This document shows positions 1 to 7,881 of a stretch of DNA of 64,000 nucleotides, piece after piece. The notes under the pieces were generated by a model, which did no database searches, was not told the origin of the DNA, and worked only from the letters and a program-made list of their open reading frames with translations. Source of the stretch: Candidatus Schekmanbacteria bacterium (GTDB lineage Bacteria > Schekmanbacteria > GWA2-38-11 > J061); assembly GCA_016219965.1 (NCBI GenBank), contig JACRJM010000003.1:130299-194298 (forward strand), read 5' to 3'. Each line of letters opens with the position of its first letter. The stretch's first letter is position 1. Both the position numbers and the translations under genes were made by a program.

Positions 1-434
1 TCGATCCTCAGAAATGGGAAGGCAAACCAAGGCTCGTGAAGATACACCAGGACATGGCATCAGTCCTGGACTCTACAGGAGTATGTTACTTCTTTGCGAT
101 TCGCTATTATGTACTGCCTGTACTTGAGGTAACTCCGGAGGGGTTTTGCAATTTCCTGAATGCTGCTACCGGTGCCGGATACACAATAGAAGAAGTTGAA
201 AAAGCAGGCGAACGTATCTTCAACGCCGAGAGGCAGTTCATGGTGAAGGCCGGATTTTCGCGCAAGGATGATTCGCTACCTGACCGGCTCGTCAAGGAAC
301 CAATGCCTGAAGGACCAGCCAAGGGGCTCGTGGTTCACCTCGATGAAATGCTTGATGAGTATTACAAGCTTAGAGGATGGGACCAAAACGGCATTCCCAC
401 TATTGAAAAGCTAAATGAATTGGGGCTAGCCTGA
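1..434 (+). CDS. Aldehyde:ferredoxin oxidoreductase (tungsten AOR family), C-terminal fragment; 5' end lies outside the window
   Basis: The reading frame is open from nt 3 (…DPQKWEGKPRLVKIHQDMASVLDSTGVC…). The C-terminal sequence LDEMLDEYYKLRGWDQNGIPTIEKLNELGL is typical of AOR-family C-termini. A MoaD-like gene immediately downstream is a common AOR neighbour. Confidence 0.55.
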   Translation, partial: DPQKWEGKPRLVKIHQDMASVLDSTGVCYFFAIRYYVLPVLEVTPEGFCNFLNAATGAGYTIEEVEKAGERIFNAERQFMVKAGFSRKDDSLPDRLVKEPMPEGPAKGLVVHLDEMLDEYYKLRGWDQNGIPTIEKLNELGLA

Positions 435-468
435 CTCCAAATCCTCAGTTTGGACAGGAATTAACGAC

Positions 469-702
469 ATGAAGATAAGGGTTCATCTTTTTGCATATCT
501 TGCAAAGTATGCGCCAGAAGGTGTGAAGGATTTCACTATAGAGCTTAAGCCCGGTGCTTCTGTGGAAGATATTATTAAGTATCTTGGCATACCACCCACA
601 GAAGGCAAGATTATAATCGTAAATGGAAGACATAGTGGTGAAGATACACCTCTGAATGAGAATGATGAGGTTGTGTTCATGACTCCCGTAGAAGGCGGAT
701 AA
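469..702 (+). CDS. MoaD/ThiS-family small sulfur-carrier protein
   Basis: 77 aa with a beta-grasp-like sequence and a C-terminal Gly-Gly (…MTPVEGG). ATG start with a 35-nt gap after the AOR gene. Confidence 0.65.
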   Translation: MKIRVHLFAYLAKYAPEGVKDFTIELKPGASVEDIIKYLGIPPTEGKIIIVNGRHSGEDTPLNENDEVVFMTPVEGG

Positions 703-754
703 CTAAAATATTCAATTAGAATTTAGGATTATAAAACTTAAAAGGAAAGTTCCC

Positions 755-1996
755 ATGATTAAAGAAATAGTTCAAACCTACGCCTGTTCGAAATGTGGTT
801 TATGTATTGCCGCTTGTCCTGAAAAAGCTATCTCCCTTAGCGGAGATTATTCTCCCTATGTTGATGAAAAATGCACTAATTGCAGAATTTGTCTTGAAGT
901 CTGCCCTAGGAGTGAACTTCCTTTTAACGAAATAAAGAAAAATCTCAATACTGTAAACTTCCCTAAGTTTGAAGAAGAACTTTTGGGTCCTTATAACCGG
1001 ATAGTACTTGCAAAGACCTGCAACAATGAAATACTGAAAAGATGTTACAGCGGTGGAGTGACAACAGAGTTCCTGTGTTTCCTTTTAGAAAAGGGATATA
1101 TTGATTCAGCACTTTTGACTGACCGCGAGCATGATCTTTCCTTTTGCGGACATCCTGTCCCATTCATAGCAAGAACCCGCGAGAATATAATAAAATGCGC
1201 AGACACAAAACCCTGTGTTAATCCCATTTTAGCTTCATTGCCAGTTGATGGTGATCGAGTAGCATTTGTCGGAGTATCGTGCCATACGGAGGGGATTAGA
1301 AAAGCGCAGTGGCTTGCAGAACATGGAGATAAATCCAAGGAAATATGCAAGCATTTAATCGGGAATATAAGCTACGTCATAGGATTGAACTGTTTTTTCT
1401 CCTTCGGTAGAAACGGAGTAGATCGCCTGCTTGCAAAGGTTGGTCTCAAAGAAGAAAATATTGAGAAGTTTTTTAACTGGAAAGGAAAACCTGTTGCAAG
1501 AATGCATGGCGGAAAAGAAATAGTTGATTTTGGAGATGAAGGAGATTTTTCAAACTCAAACTTAGGATGTTTTCTCTGTTATCCTTCATATTCTGCAAAG
1601 CTTTCTGATATAACTTTTGGGAAATGCATCAGCGAAGAATGGGGCTGGAACGATGTTATAGTAAGAAGCGAAAAATGTGACAGTATTATTTCTGAGATGG
1701 AAGAAAAAGGCCTCATTACTATCAAAGCAGCTGGAAATGAAAAAAGTGAGATTTTAGAAGCTCTTCTTGAAGCAAATGTTTTTGAGGTAGATGCAGTTGG
1801 TTACGGAGGTTTCTTAGACACCGGAAAATTTGAAGGAAGTCTTCCAGGCACTTCCCCTATGCCTCAGCAGGAAGGAAGCTCTATAAAGGGAATCAATAGA
1901 ATAAGACTAATCCAGGCAGTAAGGCGAGATTCCTTCTATAAAATAGCAACAACAGAAAGAAAAAAAAGGGGAATTCTAAATCCTATTTTAAAGTAA
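755..1996 (+). CDS. 2x[4Fe-4S] ferredoxin domain fused to an F420-hydrogenase/dehydrogenase beta-subunit (FrhB/FdhB)-like domain
   Basis: N-terminal CSKCGLCIAACP and CTNCRICLEVCP motifs. The central VAFVGVSCH region matches the FrhB-family flavin/Fe-S fold. RBS aaaggaaag upstream. Confidence 0.55.
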   Translation: MIKEIVQTYACSKCGLCIAACPEKAISLSGDYSPYVDEKCTNCRICLEVCPRSELPFNEIKKNLNTVNFPKFEEELLGPYNRIVLAKTCNNEILKRCYSGGVTTEFLCFLLEKGYIDSALLTDREHDLSFCGHPVPFIARTRENIIKCADTKPCVNPILASLPVDGDRVAFVGVSCHTEGIRKAQWLAEHGDKSKEICKHLIGNISYVIGLNCFFSFGRNGVDRLLAKVGLKEENIEKFFNWKGKPVARMHGGKEIVDFGDEGDFSNSNLGCFLCYPSYSAKLSDITFGKCISEEWGWNDVIVRSEKCDSIISEMEEKGLITIKAAGNEKSEILEALLEANVFEVDAVGYGGFLDTGKFEGSLPGTSPMPQQEGSSIKGINRIRLIQAVRRDSFYKIATTERKKRGILNPILK

Positions 1997-2020
1997 GCCT
2001 AAATCCTCAGGGAGATAACC

Positions 2021-2896
2021 ATGATATTGCTTGCAGGTGCTACGGGACAGCTGGGAAGTGCTGTTTATAACGCTCTAAAAAAAGAATATGGAACTAATTT
2101 CAAATGTCTGGATATAAACGCTGACAAACTTGAGGTCTATAAAAATGAAGGAATCCCGGTCTTCTGTAACGATCTTTCTGATATTGAAGAGATCAAAAAG
2201 ATTCTCCAAGATGTTGACTCCGTAATAAGCGTTGTCGGGCTTCAACGGGAGACTGAAACTCTATCACATATGGATGTAGACTATGGAAGAAATAAAAATT
2301 TACTGCAGGCTGCACTAAAAACCGGCGTCAGGCATTTTGCTTATGTAAGCGCGCTGCAAACGCGCGAAGATGCACCGCGGAAAGTACACAAGGCAAAATG
2401 GCTTATGGAGGAAGAACTTAAAAAAAACGGGATGGATTATACAATTTTCAGGCCTTCAGGTTTTTTTACAGATTTCATCCATTATTTCGGGAAGAAATGC
2501 AAGGATAGTAATTCATTTACTCTTATAGGAAGCGGCAATATGAAAATTCAGCCAATAAGCATTGACGACCTAGCCATGTGTCTTGTCATGTCATCTAAAA
2601 CCCCTGCTGCAAAAAATAAGATATTTGTTATCGGCGGACCGGAAGTTATGACTCTGAATGAGTTAATAGAATACTATGCTGAATTTTTCAGCAAGAGGAT
2701 AAAAATCCGACATATCCCGATGGGTCTTATGAGATTTTTTGCAGCTTTGACTTTTGACAAAGTAATTTCAAGAGATTTCTTAAAAAGACTTGAAACTGAC
2801 AGTATCTGCGATGTAACGGCAGTCAAAGAAGCATTTAAAATAAATTTTACATCGTTACGCGATTATATAAGGAACTTTGACTGGTCAAAAATATGA
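2021..2896 (+). CDS. NAD(P)H-binding NmrA-like/atypical SDR family protein
   Basis: N-terminal Rossmann motif ILLAGATGQLGSAV; 291 aa. Confidence 0.55.
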   Translation: MILLAGATGQLGSAVYNALKKEYGTNFKCLDINADKLEVYKNEGIPVFCNDLSDIEEIKKILQDVDSVISVVGLQRETETLSHMDVDYGRNKNLLQAALKTGVRHFAYVSALQTREDAPRKVHKAKWLMEEELKKNGMDYTIFRPSGFFTDFIHYFGKKCKDSNSFTLIGSGNMKIQPISIDDLAMCLVMSSKTPAAKNKIFVIGGPEVMTLNELIEYYAEFFSKRIKIRHIPMGLMRFFAALTFDKVISRDFLKRLETDSICDVTAVKEAFKINFTSLRDYIRNFDWSKI

Positions 2897-2929
2897 TTTA
2901 TTGTTTTAATAAAAAGATTGGCTAATGAA

Positions 2930-3316
2930 TCAGTATCGGATTTTTAGGATAACTGCAGTGATCATCATCCCTATAGAATCTATAATGACATCATGATAGT
3001 TTCCCTGCCTGCCTTTTATGAAGAGTTGATGAATTTCATCGCTTGTTGCTAACAGTAGAGAGATTATAAATGAAAAACAAATGGTGTGACTAATGCTGTT
3101 ATTTTTTCTCTTTTCAGGTTGTTGAGATTTGTAAATCGCATTAAAAATGAGGAAAGAAAGAATTGCAAATTCTATCATATGAGCTCCCTTGCGCAGTATA
3201 AAATCGTAAGGAAGATCTGATTTCAGGCTGGGCTGATTTGAAAGAAAGAAAATTACTTCGTACCAGATTATCACCGGACCCCAAAGCCTTATAAAATTCC
3301 AAAATTTATTTTTCAT
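2930..3316 (-). CDS. VanZ-like membrane protein
   Basis: 128 aa with about four TM segments; the RKGAHMIEFAILSFL motif resembles the VanZ family. Confidence 0.4.
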   Translation of the reverse strand: MKNKFWNFIRLWGPVIIWYEVIFFLSNQPSLKSDLPYDFILRKGAHMIEFAILSFLIFNAIYKSQQPEKRKNNSISHTICFSFIISLLLATSDEIHQLFIKGRQGNYHDVIIDSIGMMITAVILKIRY

Positions 3317-3896
3317 TAAAGACTTTCTTTATATTGTATGGCATCCACTTTGTCCCAGTGATCCTTCTGTAAGTTTCAATATGAAAGAGAGCCTCGTTTT
3401 TCCTGCCACTTTCAATATAAATAAGCGAGAGATTAAAATGAGCAGCTGGGTTGTCCGGAGACAGATAGAGTACTGATTTAAATATTTCTTCACCTTTGAT
3501 TATATCCCCAGATTTTCTATATGATATACCCAAGGCAATCATACCTTCTAAAGACATTGGAAAAGATTGATGATAATTTTGGAACGCATTGATTGATGCC
3601 TTTAAATTTCCAACAGTCTGATAATTCAAGCCGAGATTGAAATAATAGACTGGGTCGTATATAGCTGCTTTTGTGTAATAGGTTACAGCTTTCGTAAAAT
3701 CAAGTTTACTTTCTTCTATTTCCCCAAGGTGAAAATAACATTCAGCACAGGATGGATTAAATCTTGTTAACTGTAAAAGAATTCTGCTTGCATTATCCCA
3801 ATCTCCCCTTTGTTTCAGAATCATTGCATTAGCTAATGTTTCATCAGCAGCATATACATTCCAAGAGCTGAGCAGCTGAGCGAGCAGGAATCCCAT
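3306..3896 (-). CDS. Secreted TPR-repeat protein
   Basis: Signal peptide MGFLLAQLLSSWNVYAA followed by tandem TPR-like A..Y…G repeats. Overlaps the downstream VanZ gene, consistent with an operon. Confidence 0.5.
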   Translation of the reverse strand: MGFLLAQLLSSWNVYAADETLANAMILKQRGDWDNASRILLQLTRFNPSCAECYFHLGEIEESKLDFTKAVTYYTKAAIYDPVYYFNLGLNYQTVGNLKASINAFQNYHQSFPMSLEGMIALGISYRKSGDIIKGEEIFKSVLYLSPDNPAAHFNLSLIYIESGRKNEALFHIETYRRITGTKWMPYNIKKVFNEK

Positions 3897-3915
3897 AATA
3901 ATCAGTTTTACATTG

Positions 3916-5541
3916 CTAAGTTTTTTTTCCAGGTTCCCTCCTCCTCATTATTACACATTCCCTGTTTTCTCCTACTTTAACAAGTTTAGACTGTATCAAC
4001 TCATCAAGATCTCTATCAAAGTCCTTTTTTCTGAAGATATAATATTCATCATAATTATTATTTGTATGATATAGCCTGTATGTAAGCTGAAATTTGTGAT
4101 CAATCCTTAATATCCTGCGTTGCGAGTAAAATACGAATGAGGGTTTAAAAAACTTAAAAAAAACTATTTCACTTTTCCCAATAGCAGAACTTTTAAGTGT
4201 AAGAGCTAATTTCTTGTTAGATTTGAATTTTTCAAAAGCATCAACATTTATAACAGCTCCTAGAAAAATAAATACCACGAGAAAAACCTGCATATAAAAT
4301 ATAGCCACTTTTTTATTCTTGTATGTCAGAAAAACTAAAACAATAAACCAGATATTGAGACTTATCAATGTCCATATCAAAGCGGTTAAACCTATTGCGT
4401 CTAAAACAATTACTACTATATTAGGAAAAAATTTAAGGATTATCAAAGCAGATATATCAAAACTTAGAAACAATGCAAAAATGGCATATATTCCCAAGGT
4501 TATTCCTTTATCTTCTCTGCGCTGAAAACAATCTTTCCAGCACTTCCCGGCTATCATAGCAAGAGGTGGATAAATGGGAAGTATATAGTTTGGCAGCTTT
4601 GACTTTGAAAGAGAATAGAAGACAAATATAGCACAAGCCCATGCAATGAGAAATTTAAGTTGCCTTGAGTCTTCGGTCTGATTACTTATACTTTTTGTTG
4701 CCTGAAAAGGCAGAAAAAAAATCCATGGGAAAAAACCACCGATAATTACCGGTATATAGTAAACAATGCTACCGCTTCTTTCATGGACATCTGTAAAATA
4801 CCTCATGATATTTTCATAAACTATATTTTCATACAAAAAACCCGGAGTTTTAATTGAAGAAGCTACGTACCACGGCAGGATTACTAACAGTGTAATCAGT
4901 ATCCCTGTTGGTTTAAAAAAAACTTTTATTGATTCGAATTCTTTGAAAATCAGTATATAAAAAAAAATTATAATTCCAGGGACAATAATTCCCAGAGGTC
5001 CCTTTGACATAAACCCTAATCCAAGTGAGATAAATAATATTACCCGATGTATTTTACTATATGGAGAATATTTCCCAGTTGTATTAATAAATGAAAAAAC
5101 AGAAAGGGTAATAAAAAAAGCAAGAGTCATGTCTGTTACTATTGAGTGAGAAAGCGCAATAAACTCTATACTGGTAAGAAGGATGATAAGGGAAAGTAAT
5201 CCAGTTTCAAAACAGAAAAAATTTTTTCCAAGTGCGAATACAAGATATAGTAATCCGGCTCCAAATAGTGTCGTAACATAACGTGGAGCATAATCAGCCA
5301 TTCCAGTTAAATTAAAGGCAATTGCAGAAAGCCAGAAATAAAGAGGAGGTTTTTTATTATATGCTTCATAGTTTAGATGCGGAGATATGTAATCCCCTGA
5401 TTCAATCATTTCCCTAGCTATCTCCGCATATCTCGCTTCATCAGGGTCCCATAAGTCACGGGATGACAATCCAAAAAAAAGGAGAAATATGGCAAATAAT
5501 ATTGTCCCTGATAGGAAAAGTTTTTTTTGTGAAGACGTCAT
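3916..5541 (-). CDS. GT-C fold glycosyltransferase, ArnT/PMT-like (GT39/GT83)
   Basis: 541 aa polytopic membrane protein. The first-loop motif RDLWDPDEARYAEIAREM (DExRYAE) is the signature of ArnT/PMT undecaprenyl- or dolichyl-phosphate-sugar transferases. Confidence 0.7.
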   Translation of the reverse strand: MTSSQKKLFLSGTILFAIFLLFFGLSSRDLWDPDEARYAEIAREMIESGDYISPHLNYEAYNKKPPLYFWLSAIAFNLTGMADYAPRYVTTLFGAGLLYLVFALGKNFFCFETGLLSLIILLTSIEFIALSHSIVTDMTLAFFITLSVFSFINTTGKYSPYSKIHRVILFISLGLGFMSKGPLGIIVPGIIIFFYILIFKEFESIKVFFKPTGILITLLVILPWYVASSIKTPGFLYENIVYENIMRYFTDVHERSGSIVYYIPVIIGGFFPWIFFLPFQATKSISNQTEDSRQLKFLIAWACAIFVFYSLSKSKLPNYILPIYPPLAMIAGKCWKDCFQRREDKGITLGIYAIFALFLSFDISALIILKFFPNIVVIVLDAIGLTALIWTLISLNIWFIVLVFLTYKNKKVAIFYMQVFLVVFIFLGAVINVDAFEKFKSNKKLALTLKSSAIGKSEIVFFKFFKPSFVFYSQRRILRIDHKFQLTYRLYHTNNNYDEYYIFRKKDFDRDLDELIQSKLVKVGENRECVIMRRREPGKKT

Positions 5542-5874
5542 TTATCTTTTTTTCGCTAAGCGATTAATTGTTAATTTTAGAAGTAAAGGTTATTTAAGAT
5601 TCTGCGAAATCTAAGATAAAATATTATTACCGTCAATGTAAATTAACTTAAAAAGTTTTTCGTCATGACATTGACGTTGTTGTCAAAAGATACCCGTAAA
5701 AAATTGCCGCAAACTATCAATATGTTCCTATTAACAATTTGTTATCCAACGAATGGAAGAAGGTCTGGCTGTCAATATATTTTATATCTTTCCACAATAT
5801 ATCTTAGTAAATCAGTAAGTTAAAGATTGCTATTCAAATTTTATTTATCTCGTTGCTAAAAAACTGATTCTCTC

Positions 5875-5889
5875 TGGCATAGTAATTGC
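5875..5889 (+). promoter_or_regulatory. Sigma-54 (-24/-12) promoter upstream of the chemotaxis operon
   Basis: TGGCAT-agtaa-TTGC matches the TGGCAC-N5-TTGCW consensus with correct GG–GC spacing. It lies about 50 nt upstream of the cheY start at 5940. Confidence 0.55.
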
Positions 5890-5939
5890 GTAATCAATAA
5901 AGATTTTTTTAACAACTATGAACAGGAGGCCATGTAACC

Positions 5940-6314
5940 ATGAAGATTATGATAGTAGACGATTCATCGGTTATGCGAAAAATAGTAACACGAACAATCA
6001 GACAAACCGGTTTTGAAATAGAGGAAATAGTTGAAGCATCTGATGGACTGGATGCATTGGAAAAACTGAAATCTTACACAAGCGATTTGATTCTCTGTGA
6101 CGTTAATATGCCAAACATGAATGGGTTAGAATTTGTAGAGAAGGTAAACGCTGAAAAAATCGCACCTGAGAGTGACATTATTATGGTCACGACTGAAGGA
6201 GGAATAGACATCGTAAACAAGGCTGTGGAAAACGGCGCCAAAGGATTCATAATCAAGCCATTTACTCCAGAAGATTTCGTCGCCAAGGTAAAACATTTAT
6301 GCAAGAGGTGGTAA
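5940..6314 (+). CDS. cheY: Chemotaxis response regulator CheY
   Basis: Single REC domain (MIVDDSSVMRK…LILCDVNMPNMNG…KP). AGGAGG RBS upstream. Confidence 0.85.
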   Translation: MKIMIVDDSSVMRKIVTRTIRQTGFEIEEIVEASDGLDALEKLKSYTSDLILCDVNMPNMNGLEFVEKVNAEKIAPESDIIMVTTEGGIDIVNKAVENGAKGFIIKPFTPEDFVAKVKHLCKRW

Positions 6315-6358
6315 AATTCACGCTGCCGATGAAACCCTTAAAAGAAAGCGCATAATAT

Positions 6359-6838
6359 ATGGAATCAATTATATCGCTTATGTCAGAAACTGCAGTTGAG
6401 GTGCTTAAAAAAATGGCTTTTTTAGATGTAGAACACATAAGGAATGATGAACCCATTTCAAAAGCTATAGAAAATGTCCACATGTGTTCAATGATCATGC
6501 TCGACGGTACGTTAAAAGGCTCTATCGTTTTTCATTGCTCTGATAAACTTGCGAAACAGGTGACATGCGCTCTTTTAGGGGAAGATATGGCAAATGACAT
6601 AGCAGATATGGATATAAAAGACGCAATAGGTGAAGTTACAAATGTAATTGCAGGAAATGTTAAAAACAAGATTTCGAATTTAGGTCATAGCTTTTCTCTT
6701 TCTTCTCCTAAAGTTTTGGAATGGGGAGAATATGTGATCGAACTTAAGACTAAAGCACGCCAGGGGATTATGGAATTTACCTCGGGAAAAGAAACTTTTT
6801 TTATTGAGTTGTTATCAAGTAATGGGTCTCACGATTAG
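6359..6838 (+). CDS. cheX: CheX-type CheY-P phosphatase (CheC/CheX/FliY family)
   Basis: Contains the D-x3-E-x2-N-x21-P active-site motif (DAIGEVTNVIAGN…SSP) in a protein of about 155 aa. Confidence 0.7.
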   Translation: MESIISLMSETAVEVLKKMAFLDVEHIRNDEPISKAIENVHMCSMIMLDGTLKGSIVFHCSDKLAKQVTCALLGEDMANDIADMDIKDAIGEVTNVIAGNVKNKISNLGHSFSLSSPKVLEWGEYVIELKTKARQGIMEFTSGKETFFIELLSSNGSHD

Positions 6839-6851
6839 ATAAACAAAACAT

Positions 6852-7877
6852 GTGAAAAGTGACATGGCCAATCCTGTTGAGAAAATAAAAGAAACTATTG
6901 ATGAAATCCTTGACTCTGTTGAGAATGAAATAGTTACTATTTTCAATGCATTGTTTGGAAAGCTTGTCAGTTGTTTTCTAGCAGGTGTGTCAGTTACAAC
7001 CGCCAAGGAATTCCTCGATCCACGAAAAGGTAAAAAAAGCTTCCTTATAGATCTTAATACTAATGAAGAAATAAAGGGAGATATCTTTATCTGTCTCGAC
7101 CACAAAGAAGCTTGCTGGGTTTCAGCAATTATGAATGGCCTTGCTGAATCAATGGCAGATGAAAAAGAAAAAAGCGGCCAATTTGATGAAAATGATATTG
7201 ATGCTGTTTCAGAAGTTGGCAATCAATTAGCTGGAAAATTGAATTTTGTCCTCAAGCCTATTGCCAAGAAAAAACTACATTTTATTAAAACCAGGCATTT
7301 TTTGACTGAAGAGATGCAGGGAGAAGACAATAAAATACCTCTTGATGAAGAAGAAACTGTAATTATCCCTAAATTCTCTTTTTCCTCTGAGGGGAAGGAA
7401 ATAGGATTTATTTATGTAATGTTCCCGGTAAACTTTGCTTCCCTGATGGTTGGGATACCTCTCAGTGGCGACACTCAAGAAAAAGATAATGAAAGTGAAT
7501 CTGCTAAATTAAGAAAGATAATCCTCCTTTGCCAGCAAATTGATAGCAAGGAAGAAGCACTTTATAATATGGTTGCAGATAAGTTTTCGGCAAGCTTTAT
7601 TACCTGTAAGCTTAACTCTGCTCTTGAGGAAAACCCAGAAATTAAAGAAGCAGATCTGATTTTCGTCGACTCCTATGATGATCCAAACAGTGGGATAGAC
7701 ATATGTAAACAGCTTATAGCGTTAAAAAGCAGTAAAAAAAAATCAATAATTCTCAGTTCAAAAAATATAACAAAAGATCTTTTGCTCCAGGCTATATCTA
7801 CCGGAATTTGTGACATCATAGTAAAGCCCGCTTCTACAAAAACAATTATGCAGAAAGTACAAGCGAATATAGGGTGA
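6852..7877 (+). CDS. CheC/CheX-like domain fused to a degenerate receiver (pseudo-REC) domain; start uncertain (GTG 6852 or ATG 6864)
   Basis: The N-terminal half contains a D-x3-E-x2-N motif (DAVSEVGNQLAG). The C-terminal roughly 120 aa have REC topology (…DLIFVD…, IILSS, IIVKP) but lack the N-terminal acidic pair, which is replaced by IILLCQQ. Confidence 0.45.
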   Translation: MKSDMANPVEKIKETIDEILDSVENEIVTIFNALFGKLVSCFLAGVSVTTAKEFLDPRKGKKSFLIDLNTNEEIKGDIFICLDHKEACWVSAIMNGLAESMADEKEKSGQFDENDIDAVSEVGNQLAGKLNFVLKPIAKKKLHFIKTRHFLTEEMQGEDNKIPLDEEETVIIPKFSFSSEGKEIGFIYVMFPVNFASLMVGIPLSGDTQEKDNESESAKLRKIILLCQQIDSKEEALYNMVADKFSASFITCKLNSALEENPEIKEADLIFVDSYDDPNSGIDICKQLIALKSSKKKSIILSSKNITKDLLLQAISTGICDIIVKPASTKTIMQKVQANIG

Positions 7878-7881
7878 GGTT

